From Anabaena sp. WA102 (lineage in GTDB: Bacteria; Cyanobacteriota; Cyanobacteriia; Cyanobacteriales; Nostocaceae), in contig NZ_CP011456.1 in the NCBI RefSeq assembly GCF_001277295.1, positions 3,867,783 to 3,915,782 on the forward strand: a stretch of 48,000 nt of DNA, written 5' to 3'. The notes below the pieces were generated by a model. That model was not told the DNA's origin and made no database searches. It saw nothing but the letters and a program-made list of their open reading frames with translations. The translations under genes were made by a program, and so were the position numbers. Shown piece by piece: positions 38,197-47,506 of the stretch (positions within the stretch are counted from its first letter, which is position 1; each line of letters starts with the position of its first letter).

Positions 38197-39594
38197 TTAC
38201 TTCCCGTGATGCGCTCCACTGTACCATTTTAATAAGACTTTGGCTAGTTTTTGGGGGTCATGGCGAACAGCACCATATTCATCTTCAAATAAAATATTAG
38301 CAGGAACTATTCGCCGTCCTAATTGGGTGACAGATTCTCGGTCTAAAAAGACTGGATGGGCATTTTGTTGGGCATAACGGATAAGTGCTTGGGCTGAGGG
38401 TGTTTTTTTATGAACTAATACGGCATCGAATAACCTTCTACTGCCACAAGCGTCATCTATGGCTTGAATATGTTCAGCAACGCTATATCCATCAGTTTCT
38501 CCTGGTTGGGTCATGATATTGCAGATATAAATGCGGGGTACATTGGTAGCGGCGATCGCATCGGCAATTTCTCCAACTAACAAATTAGGAATTAAGCTTG
38601 TATAAAGACTACCCGGACCAATAATAATGTAATCAGCTTCTTGAATGGCTTTAATTGCCGCGGGAACTGCCGGTGGATTTTCAGGAATACAACCAATTTT
38701 GACAATTTTTCCCGCAGCTTTGGGAATATTCGACTCACCCTCAATGCGGCGGCCATCTGCCAATTCTGCCCAGAGACGGACATCACTGAGGGTAGCAGGT
38801 AAAACTTGTCCTCTCACCGCCAATACTTTAGAACTAGCAGCGATCGCTTGGACTAAATCTCCAGTAATATCAGTCATGGCAGTTAAAAACAAATTACCAA
38901 AACTGTGACCTGTTAAACCATCTCCCGCCCGAAAGCGATATTGAAATAATTCCGTCAGTAATTTTTCTTCATCTGCTAACGCCGCCAAACAATTGCGGAT
39001 ATCACCCGGTGGTAAAACGCCAAATTCTTCGCGCAGTCTCCCAGAAGAACCGCCATCATCTGCTACGGTGACAATAGCAGTAATATTAGCACTATAAGTT
39101 TTTAAGCCTCTGAGTAAAGTTGAAAGTCCAGTCCCACCACCAATAACCACAATTTTCGGACCCCGGTATAAACGACGATGTGCCAATAGGACATCTATCA
39201 ACTCCTCTTCATCACCAATAGGTCTGAGAACTTCCGTAATTGAACCAACAGTGCGAGATTGTCCCCACAGCACCAACAGCACACCAGATACCAGGAGTAC
39301 CGGACCGCTGATATAGTTGGGTAAAATGTCAGCCAGGAAACCCAAAAGACCTTTCAGCAATTCCAGTATCCAAAAAATCGGGGTTAATTTTACCCAAATA
39401 GCCAACCCCAAACTGGCTAAGAAAACACCCCCAATACTGATAAGTAACCAGCGTTTCACAGCTAATCCAGGAGACAACCATTTGCACCATTGGTTAACCC
39501 GATAGGAAGTGCGACCTTGGGACTGTAGCTGTAGCGAATTAATGGCTTGTTTCAGAAAACCGATAAACATACCTAATAGGGAAAGTTGGTACAA
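38197..39594 (-). CDS. YvcK/CofD-like gluconeogenesis-factor family protein with N-terminal TM segments
   Basis: 465 aa. [39 protein letters not shown] motifs of the UPF0052/YvcK family. Confidence 0.8.
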   Translation of the reverse strand: MYQLSLLGMFIGFLKQAINSLQLQSQGRTSYRVNQWCKWLSPGLAVKRWLLISIGGVFLASLGLAIWVKLTPIFWILELLKGLLGFLADILPNYISGPVLLVSGVLLVLWGQSRTVGSITEVLRPIGDEEELIDVLLAHRRLYRGPKIVVIGGGTGLSTLLRGLKTYSANITAIVTVADDGGSSGRLREEFGVLPPGDIRNCLAALADEEKLLTELFQYRFRAGDGLTGHSFGNLFLTAMTDITGDLVQAIAASSKVLAVRGQVLPATLSDVRLWAELADGRRIEGESNIPKAAGKIVKIGCIPENPPAVPAAIKAIQEADYIIIGPGSLYTSLIPNLLVGEIADAIAATNVPRIYICNIMTQPGETDGYSVAEHIQAIDDACGSRRLFDAVLVHKKTPSAQALIRYAQQNAHPVFLDRESVTQLGRRIVPANILFEDEYGAVRHDPQKLAKVLLKWYSGAHHGK

Positions 39595-39761
39595 ACAATA
39601 TTTAACAAAAAATTTACATCACCTGGTTTCCACACTAAGGGAAAACCATCACATTTATTCAATCCTTCATCATCACCGAGTAGGGGCGCAGGGCCTGCGC
39701 CCAGTTAGGAGTCAGAAGAAGGAAATACCAATCACCAATTACCCCAGTTATCAAGAATTTT

Positions 39762-40253
39762 ATGAAAAAGCGAATTTTAGGAATAGATCCAGGACTAGCA
39801 ACTGTGGGATTTGGGGCAATTGATTGGCAGCAAAGTCAAACAAAAGAACAACAGACAACGGTACAGATGGTTGATTTTGGCGTAATTCGCACCAGTGCCG
39901 ATATGGAAATGAGTCAACGACTATGCACATTATTTGACGATTTACACACCGTCATGGAGGATTTACAGCCGGATTTAGTAGCCATTGAAAAATTATTCTT
40001 TTATCGTATGGCAAATACCATTGTTGTGGCACAAGCTAGGGGTGTACTGATGTTAGTTTTAGGACAGCGTAAACTCCCTTATGTGGAATTTGCACCTCCC
40101 CAAATTAAGCAAGCTTTAACGAATTATGGTAAAGCAGATAAGTCAGAAGTGCAAGAGGCTGTGATGCGGGAACTGGATTTAGATGAAATTCCTCGACCTG
40201 ATGATGCGGCAGATGCTTTAGCGGTAGCATTAACGGCTTCGTTTCAGTTGTGA
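39762..40253 (+). CDS. ruvC: Crossover junction endodeoxyribonuclease RuvC
   Basis: 163 aa. [32 protein letters not shown] catalytic/acidic motifs. Confidence 0.9.
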   Translation: MKKRILGIDPGLATVGFGAIDWQQSQTKEQQTTVQMVDFGVIRTSADMEMSQRLCTLFDDLHTVMEDLQPDLVAIEKLFFYRMANTIVVAQARGVLMLVLGQRKLPYVEFAPPQIKQALTNYGKADKSEVQEAVMRELDLDEIPRPDDAADALAVALTASFQL

Positions 40254-40384
40254 TTCGTATAAAAATAGAATAGTTAATTTAGTTTCCTCACAGGTACAAA
40301 TAAAAGCCTTTGGTAAGGAACAATTATTTAGCGGTGTTAGCAAGATCTCAGCCCTGGCTGATCCGGGAAATGATGTAATTGAAC

Positions 40385-40515
40385 TAAGTAGGTTGGCGTT
40401 GAAAATTGTCGTTATGGCAAGGCAAAAGGCACTCATGCAAGAGGCAAGAGGCAAGAGGGTTTGGGCGATTTTACGTTTCTTTACACAGTTTGGTTTTATT
40501 GTGTTCACCTACTTA
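40385..40515 (-). mobile_element. MITE copy B (inverted orientation), in-frame 129-bp insertion in the RTX fragment
   Basis: taAGTAGGTTGGCGTTGAAAATTGTCGTTATGGC...GTTTGGTTTTATTGTGTTCACCTACTta. TA on both flanks. Confidence 0.8.
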
Positions 40516-40700
40516 TCAGATAGTTTATCAATTACCACCGATATTGATGGCGGAAGTGGAGACGATATTATTTCTGGTGGCGCTGTTGGTGATATCCTCA
40601 AAGGTGGAGAGGGTAATGATGTTTTAGATGGCAGAGCAGGTGATGATAATCTCACCGGAGAATCAGGAGACGATCGCCTATTTGGTGGAGATGGTGCAGA

Positions 40701-40831
40701 TAAGTAGGTGAACACAATAAAACCAATCTATGTAAAGAAAAGTAAAATCCCCCAAACCCTCTTCACTCTTGCCTTTTGCATGAGTGCCTCTTGCCTTGCC
40801 ATAACGACGATTTTCAATGCTAACCTACTTA
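40701..40831 (+). mobile_element. MITE copy C, in-frame 129-bp insertion in the RTX fragment that supplies a TAG stop
   Basis: gaTAAGTAGGTGAACAC...GCTAACCTACTTAca. Removing 40702-40830 restores ggt gca gat aca tta act = G-A-D-T-L-T, a perfect RTX repeat continuation. Confidence 0.85.
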
Positions 40832-41381
40832 CATTAACTGGTAAGGAGGGTAATGATCAGTTAGTAGGAGATGCTGGCAATGACAGTTTATTAGGTAATG
40901 AAGGTGATGATAATCTCCAAGGGAGAGCAGGTGATGACATCCTTTCTGGCGGTGATAATAACGATCAATTACAGCGATTTCCAATCATATAAGGTACATC
41001 TTAGCCCCCTCATCGCAAGCGATGAGGGGGTTGCTGCTTGGGGAGATTACGATAATAACGGTACATTAGATTTGTTATTATCTGGGGAAGCAAAAGTTAC
41101 GCGATCATCACTTACTTTGGATGGAGTTAATGATTATGGCAGTATTCCTAATTCCGACAAAATCAACTTTAATACTAATGATAATTTCAGCGTAGAAACT
41201 TGGGTTAAAGCAGATCCAAACCAGCCTGATCAACAAAATAAGACTTATTTTGACAACCAGATCCTCGAAAAATGGAATGGGCTAGTACACTGCGGCGTAA
41301 GTGAATGAACCATTTTCAAGCCTTGTAATCAATCAAATTTTCGGAAGTTTTAATGGTTGTGTTATTTACGCCAACCTGTAC

Positions 41382-41511
41382 TAAGTAGGTGAACACAATA
41401 AAACCAAACTGTGTAAAGAAACGTAAAATCGCCCAAACCCTCTTCACTCTTGCCTCTTGCCTCTTGCCTTTTGCCTTGCCATAACGACAATTTTCAACGC
41501 CAACCGACTTA
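41382..41511 (+). mobile_element. MITE copy D (right TIR degenerate, CCGACTTA)
   Basis: Collinear with copy A, including the upstream flanking similarity (41290-41320 vs 5698-5730). The 41316-41576 minus-strand ORF is a read-through of it. Confidence 0.75.
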
Positions 41512-41762
41512 GCATCTTTTTTGGAGATGTCTATTAGGCCAAGAAATAAACTTTGCTGATTGTTTAACAATTTCAACGGATCAAAAATATCTTTTGTTAA
41601 ATATATAAATAAAAATGTAGCGCCAGGTACTTTTTGCTGAATATTGGGTATAAACCAGAAAAATACAGTTTTTTAAACTTGAAGTTAAAGCGGTCAAAAT
41701 TCCACCTCAACAATCATTTTCCAACTTACCCCATATTACAGTTATTACCTTGACGCTGCTTA

Positions 41763-42233
41763 TTAGACGTTCTTTTTCTGGGTATCACGCCAAACTTCGG
41801 TCATCCTTCCCCAGTTAGTGCTAAATTCATCCAAACCCATAATAGTTCCCGGTCTTTCCTCATCCCAAGAAGCGGAAAGAACACCATAGGTAATTCCCAA
41901 CACACCTAAACCAAACAATCCCATATTCACCAATAAAACGGCGATAGGGGGAAGTTGGATATCAGCCAAGGTAACTAGTAGATAGCTAACTACCAAACTA
42001 GTAATACCTAAAAATGTGGGGACACCACAAAACCCAGCCACTCGGCGAATCATGCGTTGACTGACCACTTCAGGAATCGCCATTTCTTGTTTAGAATAAC
42101 GGCGTTTCTGTTGCGATTTTTCTTGAGGTTCTTTGGTTTTGATAACGGGTTGACTAATAGCCTTAGCGGGTTTTGGACGCTTTTTGTTTGGCTCGAAAGG
42201 CAATGGACTACGTTCCGATTCTTCAGCAGCCAT
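41763..42233 (-). CDS. PAM68-like (DUF3464) photosystem II assembly-related membrane protein
   Basis: 156 aa. Basic N-terminus, IPEVVSQRMIRRVAGFCGVPTFLG followed by two TM helices. Assignment from my memory of the family pattern. Confidence 0.5.
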   Translation of the reverse strand: MAAEESERSPLPFEPNKKRPKPAKAISQPVIKTKEPQEKSQQKRRYSKQEMAIPEVVSQRMIRRVAGFCGVPTFLGITSLVVSYLLVTLADIQLPPIAVLLVNMGLFGLGVLGITYGVLSASWDEERPGTIMGLDEFSTNWGRMTEVWRDTQKKNV

Positions 42234-42245
42234 AAGAATTAGTTC

Positions 42246-42515
42246 CTAACCGCGAATACCAAGACGAGTAATTAAAGCTTTATATTTTTCTTGACTACCT
42301 GCTTGGATATAAGCTAGAAGACGCTTTCTTTGGCCAATCATCTTCAATAGTCCTCTACGGGAGGAATGGTCTTTCTTATTAGCTTGCAAATGTTGACTGA
42401 GGCGGTTAATGCGGTCAGTTAGCATTGCAATTTGGACATCAGCCGAACCAGTGTCGGTTTCATGAACTTGATATCCAGAAATGAGTTCTTGTTTGCGCTG
42501 TTGCGTCAGAGCCAT
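42246..42515 (-). CDS. rpsO: 30S ribosomal protein S15
   Basis: 89 aa. [22 protein letters not shown]...[21 protein letters not shown] is the S15 signature. Confidence 0.95.
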   Translation of the reverse strand: MALTQQRKQELISGYQVHETDTGSADVQIAMLTDRINRLSQHLQANKKDHSSRRGLLKMIGQRKRLLAYIQAGSQEKYKALITRLGIRG

Positions 42516-42669
42516 GATCGGTTAAATTGTGATTGTTTTTAAATTTGTGTAGCAGTTTCCTATAATATCACACCCATCCATTGGTGTGGCAAATTCCTCT
42601 AGGACTCTTGACACTCTTAGGGCTTAACAATAGTAATGAAATTAAAGCCTCTCATTTTTCAACTTTTCT

Positions 42670-43080
42670 CTACCGACCATAGAGAAATTTGACCAGCCAT
42701 AGAGCGAGCCAGCCTAATAGAGCATACACGATGATTGCAATTAGGACATTGATATCAAAAACATTCGCTCCACCTCCAGCAACAGGACTAATTAACAAGG
42801 TGGAAAATGGCGCAATGAAGGGATCAGAAAGATTGTAAATAAACTGGGCAAAAGTATTTTGCGTATTTGCCCCGGAAAAACGTAGAAAGAAGCGTAACAT
42901 CAGCAAGATTTCCAGCATTCCCACTAGAAGGTAAATGCTATTGATAATCCAGGCAAATATAGATCTGCGTTTGCTAGATTCAAGTCGTCCCTCCTCCTGT
43001 TGCAATCGGAAAGTTTCTTCTTCACTGCGAAGTTCTTGCCTTCGCGCAGAATTGCTTCGTTCATGAGGATTTCTATTCAT
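42670..43080 (-). CDS. YggT-family membrane protein with a charged N-terminal extension
   Basis: 136 aa. LRFFLRFSGANTQNTFAQFIYNLSDPFIAPF...GGGANVFDINVLIAIIVYALL resembles the YggT repeat. Confidence 0.5.
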   Translation of the reverse strand: MNRNPHERSNSARRQELRSEEETFRLQQEEGRLESSKRRSIFAWIINSIYLLVGMLEILLMLRFFLRFSGANTQNTFAQFIYNLSDPFIAPFSTLLISPVAGGGANVFDINVLIAIIVYALLGWLALWLVKFLYGR

Positions 43081-43169
43081 AAGTTTGAGATTTTTATTAA
43101 TATGGCTATAACTTCAGTGCTTGTATTCAAACCTCAGATACCTCAGATACAGCCTTGCATCCTCAAAAA

Positions 43170-43325
43170 TTAGACTATGCGGCGACCAATTAGTAAATTG
43201 TAAACTATTCCAATTAGAGCTAAAACTAAAAGCAGATGAATTAAGCTACCTCCGACATGAACCGAGAATCCTAACAGCCAGAGGACAAAGAGTACAACAG
43301 CAGCCGTCCAAATTAGATTAATCAT
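43170..43325 (-). CDS. Small (51 aa) lmo0937-family membrane protein
   Basis: Own translation: MINLIWTAAVVLFVLWLLGFSVHVGGSLIHLLLVLALIGIVYNLLIGRRIV*. Below the 60-aa ORF-track cutoff. The 43121-43321 plus-strand ORF is its antisense shadow. Confidence 0.6.
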   Translation of the reverse strand: MINLIWTAAVVLFVLWLLGFSVHVGGSLIHLLLVLALIGIVYNLLIGRRIV

Positions 43326-43534
43326 ATTTGCCTTTATTATATAGTGTGTTACTACAGAAGTCTTTGGTTATGCAAATATCTTATCTGAACATGATTAAAT
43401 CTCAATCCTCAAGAAGAGATAGTCCAACAGAAAGAGAACAAATTTCATCATCAGCACTCTTTTTTTTGGCGAAGATATTGAGGAGAGAGACGGTATTTTT
43501 GCTGCTGTTGCTAAATCTTGAATCGAATCTAATA

Positions 43535-44011
43535 TTACTCCGGTGATTTGAGAGCTTGATCTAAAACTTGTCTAGCTTGTTCTGCTTTTCCCCTCGCTTC
43601 CTGGTAACGCAGATTAGCTTGAGCAAAATTTTTGAGAACTTTAAAACCTTCTTTAAGATGGGTTATTTCTTCCTCGGTGACAGATTTATCGGAAAACAGG
43701 ACATCAATGGCTTGACGAATTTCTAAGGCTTCGGTGCGTGATTCTTGGACTTTTAACTTCAGGGAAGCTAAATTACTGAGAATTTGCACTGCTTGGGTAA
43801 TTTCGTCTTCACGGCTAGAAGTATCTGTAGTTGGTTCTTTCACCTCAATTAATTGTTGCGGACCAAATCCCTCTTCTAGTTCCGTTGGTAATTCACCAGC
43901 CTCCATGAGTTCCATTAACTGATCCATGGCTTTATCACGGGCTTTAGCGGAATCTTTACCAGGAACTGTAAGGATAAGTTCTGGGCTTTGAGCGAGACTG
44001 TACTGAACCAT
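43535..44011 (-). CDS. Hypothetical protein (acidic, helical)
   Basis: 158-aa ORF with an ATG start and compact spacing. No family recognised. Confidence 0.5.
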   Translation of the reverse strand: MVQYSLAQSPELILTVPGKDSAKARDKAMDQLMELMEAGELPTELEEGFGPQQLIEVKEPTTDTSSREDEITQAVQILSNLASLKLKVQESRTEALEIRQAIDVLFSDKSVTEEEITHLKEGFKVLKNFAQANLRYQEARGKAEQARQVLDQALKSPE

Positions 44012-44138
44012 AGGTGTATATATAAATCCTATCTAATTTGTGAAAAGTATGATGGCAACTAAGAACCGCAAAGAAAAGAAATTTCGCTTCAATTATACTG
44101 AATAAAGGTAAACCAAAATATAACAAAAGGGAAGATTT

Positions 44139-45392
44139 ATGACTCCCAATCCCGCTATTATGCGTTCTGTGGAACAACTAGGCTACCGAGTCACGGTTGG
44201 TGATGTAGCCACCCAGATAGGATTAAATATAGCTGAAGTCAATCAAAGTTTATTAGCCCTTGCTGCTGACGCTGGGGGACATTTACAGGTTGCAGAATCA
44301 GGTGATGTTGTTTATCAATTTCCTCGCAATTTTCGAGATATTTTACGCAATAAATATTTGCAAATACGGTTGCAGGAATGGTGGAAAAAAGTTTGGTCTG
44401 TGCTATTTTATCTGATTCGGATTTCCTTTGGCATCCTTTTAGTTGCTTCTATCTTGCTGATTACTGTGACTATCATCATTATTATGACTGCTAGTTCAGA
44501 TCGGGATGATGATAATCGCAGTAGTTCTAGAAGTAATAATTTCTTCTTTTTTCCGGATTTATTCTGGTATTTTAGCCCAAATTATGGTGATACCCGGCAA
44601 GAAAGACGGAGGGAACGGGGCGAAGGTAGTGAAATGAATTTTTTTGAGGCTGTGTTTTCATTCTTGTTTGGTGATGGTGATCCTAATGCCAGTTTGGAAG
44701 AACGCCGTTGGGAAGAAATTGGGGCTGTGATTAGTAATAATCAAGGTGCTGTGGTTGCAGAACAAATTGCTCCTTATTTGGATGATGTTGGCGAAAAATA
44801 TCAACAAGAATATGAGGATTATATGTTGCCTGTGCTGGTAAGATTTAATGGAATGCCCCAGGTAAGTTCTGACGGGCAAATAGTCTATTATTTCCCAGAG
44901 TTACAAGTAAGAGCTAGTAAAAAGCAACGGCGTTCAATATCTGAATATCTCCATGAATTTTCCTGGAAGTTTAGTGCAGCTAGTTCTGGGCAAATTCTCC
45001 TCAGTGCTAGTTTAGGAGGAGTGAATTTTGTTGGAGCTTTAATTTTGGGCAATTTATTAAGAAATGGCACAATTGCGGCTCAAATTGGCGGATTGGTGGC
45101 TTTTGTGCAGGGTATTTATGGATTGTTATTGGCTTATGGTACAGGGTTTATTGCTATTCCCTTAATTCGGTATTTCTGGATTAAGCGACGCAATGATCAG
45201 ATTTCTACTCGCAATCTTCAACGCCAAGAACGGGCTAGATTATTAGCGGGTGCGGATGCTTCTTTACGGAAAAAAATCGCTTTTGCTCGTGAATTTGCCA
45301 CAGAAAAAGTTATTGGTAAGGAAGATGCTGTTTATTCCACAGATACAGATTTACTCGAACAGGAATTTCAGAATAAGCAAATAGGTGATTAG
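44139..45392 (+). CDS. Hypothetical membrane protein (N-terminal winged-helix-like region, central TM, C-terminal TM pair)
   Basis: 417-aa ORF. Hydrophobic segments LFYLIRISFGILLVASILLITVTIIIIM and GLVAFVQGIYGLLLAYGTGFIAIPLI. No family recognised. Confidence 0.6.
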   Translation: MTPNPAIMRSVEQLGYRVTVGDVATQIGLNIAEVNQSLLALAADAGGHLQVAESGDVVYQFPRNFRDILRNKYLQIRLQEWWKKVWSVLFYLIRISFGILLVASILLITVTIIIIMTASSDRDDDNRSSSRSNNFFFFPDLFWYFSPNYGDTRQERRRERGEGSEMNFFEAVFSFLFGDGDPNASLEERRWEEIGAVISNNQGAVVAEQIAPYLDDVGEKYQQEYEDYMLPVLVRFNGMPQVSSDGQIVYYFPELQVRASKKQRRSISEYLHEFSWKFSAASSGQILLSASLGGVNFVGALILGNLLRNGTIAAQIGGLVAFVQGIYGLLLAYGTGFIAIPLIRYFWIKRRNDQISTRNLQRQERARLLAGADASLRKKIAFAREFATEKVIGKEDAVYSTDTDLLEQEFQNKQIGD

Positions 45393-45463
45393 TAATTAGT
45401 CATTGGTCATTAGTCATTGGTCATTGGTCATTGGTCATTAGTCATTGGTCATTAGTCATTGGT
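45390..45463. repeat. STRR2-type heptamer tract (TTGGTCA / TTAGTCA)n
   Basis: tagtaattagtcattggtcattagtcattggtcattggtcattggtcattagtcattggtcattagtcattgg, starting at the stop codon of the preceding gene. Confidence 0.9.
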
Positions 45464-45489
45464 TGTTATGCTCAAAACGGTTGAGAGAT

Positions 45490-45796
45490 GGACTTTTACG
45501 AAATTACGAAAAACCTAGATTTGTAGGGGTAAAGCAAGAGCTTCATTGGTGTCAACTTAACGTAAAACCTCTATCCCGCAAAGAACTCAAGTCATCTCAT
45601 TCCCAGTCAGAGACTGGGAATGAATTCTAGAAGGCTCTGCCTGCCTTCAATAATATTAGAGGCAGAGCCTCATCAACTGCATTCCTAGTCAGAGACTAGG
45701 AACGAGATGTGGTAGGGATTTGAGCTTAAGTTGACACCAATGAAGCTCTTGCTTTACCCCTACAAATCTAGGTTTTTCGTAATTTCGTAAAAGTCC
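45490..45796. mobile_element. MITE with ~70-bp near-perfect terminal inverted repeats and an internal cluster of hairpins
   Basis: Left arm ggacttttacgaaattacgaaaaacctagatttgtaggggtaaagcaagagcttcattggtgtcaacttaa. Right arm is its reverse complement (45726-45796). The centre carries attcccagtcagagactgggaat and ggctctgcc...ggcagagcc hairpins. Confidence 0.85.
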
Positions 45797-46030
45797 AGGT
45801 CCCAACCGTGTTTAGTATAAGCCGTGTTGGGTATAATAAATATCTCTATCTTCCCTGTGTAAGCGTTCACAGGGGTACTTGGTGACTTAAATACCGTGAA
45901 ATAGAATGTGTGAAGTAGTTACAGCTATGAAAATCACAAGTTAATCCATCTGGAGTACAAATGAATAACTACGCAAAACATAGTCGTATTTATGACTTAT
46001 TTAGGGGCAGAAATTTGTGGGAGTAAAGAT

Positions 46031-47316
46031 ACCTGAGTTCGACGGAAGAGAATAACTTACAAGTGTTGACTGGAAAGAGTTTCAGGATTAAATGAATTTT
46101 TAGCGGTTATCAATAATTTCCGGTTATTGACAATTTCTTGGGAATAAATAATATAAATTGTAAATTTTTCTTAAAAACCATTAAATAACATTACTAATCA
46201 TACTCAAGATTGTACCAAAGATTTAAGAATAAAGTAGTTGTTTGAGCAAGGAAAAATGGACAATGGAATTAGAACAATTATTTTGTGCAATAGATGATTT
46301 CTGTTTGGATTTTGAAGCAAAATTGAACTCAGAACTAATTTCGAGCCAGTCACAAAAAAGAAAAAGAAAAAGTCGCTTATGTTTAAGTGAAGTCATGACT
46401 ATTATTGTTCATTTTCACCAATCAAGTTATCGTAATTTTCAGGACTATTATCAAAAAAGCATTTTAACAAACTACCACAGATATTTTCCATCTTTAGTGA
46501 GTTATAATCGCTTTGTTGAATTAATGCCTGATGCTTTACTGCCTTTAATTTGTTATCTTAATAGTCGAAAAGGTCAATGTAGTGGCATCTCTTTTATTGA
46601 CAGCATGGGTATTCCTATTTGTCATAATAAAAGAGCAAAAAGAAATAAAGTTTTCCGTGGCTTATCGGGCTGGGGCAAGAGTTCTGTGGATTGGTACTTT
46701 GGATTTAAACTTCATTTAATTATTAATGAACAAGGCGAATTATTAGCTTTTCAAGTTACTCCCGGAAATGTTGATGACCGGAAACCAGTTCCTACTTTGG
46801 CACAAAATTTATGGGGAAGACTTTTTGGAGATAAAGGATATATTTCTAAAAGTTTATTTCAGGAACTATTGGAAAATGATGTGAAATTAATTACTCCTTT
46901 TAAGAAGAATATGAAGAATAAATTAGTTGAATTGTGGGAAAAACTTATGTTAAGAAAAAGAGCTTTAATTGAAACTGTCAATGACCAACTATGGCTACGC
47001 CACGCAGGCTATCAAAATATTTCCCAAGTTGTTCATTCTCGTCATCGCAGTATTTATAATTTTATGGTTAATATTATTGCTGGTTTAATTGCTTATACTT
47101 GGCAAGATAAAAAACCTTCTTTAAAATTAGATAAACATGAAGTAACTTCTCTACCAGCTTTATTAATTTAATTATTTTCATGCAATTAAATTGTGAGTCC
47201 AAAATATTCAATTTTGGATTGTTTTCTCTTGTTTATTTATTGTCAATAATCATTGCTAATTGAGAAAAGCCCGATATAATTAGTTTTCAGGATGATTATT
47301 TATATCGAACTCAGGT
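46031..47316 (+). mobile_element. IS982-family insertion sequence
   Basis: Perfect 12-bp terminal inverted repeats ACCTGAGTTCGA (46031-46042) / TCGAACTCAGGT (47305-47316) bracket a single transposase ORF. No obvious target duplication. Confidence 0.7.
46263..47171 (+). CDS. IS982-family DDE transposase
   Basis: MELEQLFCAIDDFC start typical of the family. ...FGFKLHLIINEQGELLAFQVTPGNVDDRKP...FGDKGYIS...ETVNDQL...SRHRS. The ORF track begins at TTG 46242. Confidence 0.85.
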   Translation: MELEQLFCAIDDFCLDFEAKLNSELISSQSQKRKRKSRLCLSEVMTIIVHFHQSSYRNFQDYYQKSILTNYHRYFPSLVSYNRFVELMPDALLPLICYLNSRKGQCSGISFIDSMGIPICHNKRAKRNKVFRGLSGWGKSSVDWYFGFKLHLIINEQGELLAFQVTPGNVDDRKPVPTLAQNLWGRLFGDKGYISKSLFQELLENDVKLITPFKKNMKNKLVELWEKLMLRKRALIETVNDQLWLRHAGYQNISQVVHSRHRSIYNFMVNIIAGLIAYTWQDKKPSLKLDKHEVTSLPALLI

Positions 47317-47430
47317 GAGGTTAAAATTCCCTCAAAGCTTTCGCCCAACAAATTCTTGGCGGCATCTGTACACCGAGTTAGTGTAATTTGAAAAAAGGTT
47401 ACTAATGGTGTAACGGCTGTCCACCATCGG

Positions 47431-47506
47431 GAGCCGGGTGCGGTGAAAATCGCACGCCCGGATCTAACTGAGAGGGGCAGGGAATAATATCCCTCCTCGA
47501 CTCAAC
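47431..47506 (+). ncRNA. Group II intron domain V (47431-47464) and domain VI (about 47469-47506) remnant
   Basis: GAGCCGGGUGCGGUGAAAAUCGCACGCCCGGAUC folds as the canonical 34-nt DV: AGC triad, 9-bp lower helix, AC bulge, 5-bp upper helix, GAAA loop. It is followed by a 4-nt linker and a hairpin with a bulged A (47500) 6 nt before ...AC. Confidence 0.6.

Larger units (their letters stand above)
40231..41308 (+). pseudogene. Remnant of a large secreted RTX (hemolysin-type Ca-binding) / FG-GAP / LamG-like protein, without a start codon and broken by MITEs and a hairpin insertion
   Basis: Frame-1 nonapeptide repeats GGSGDDIISGGAVGDILKGGEGNDVLDGRAGDDNLTGESGDDRLFGGDGAD...GKEGNDQLVGDAGNDSLLGNEGDDNLQGRAGDDILSGGDNNDQL. 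Then, in frame 2, AWGDYDNNGTLDLLLSG (FG-GAP-like) and LTLDGVNDYGSIPNSDKINF..FSVETWVKAD (LamG-like). Confidence 0.6.

Noticed and set aside
40230-41576. ORFs beginning MNTIKPNCVKKRKIAQTL / MNTIKPIYVKKSKIPQTL, plus 41316-41576(-), 40406-40627(+) and 40509-40715(-)
   Set aside because: The shared peptide is simply the MITE read in one frame; copies occur in both orientations, including one at 5810-5945. The others are shadows of the RTX repeat DNA.
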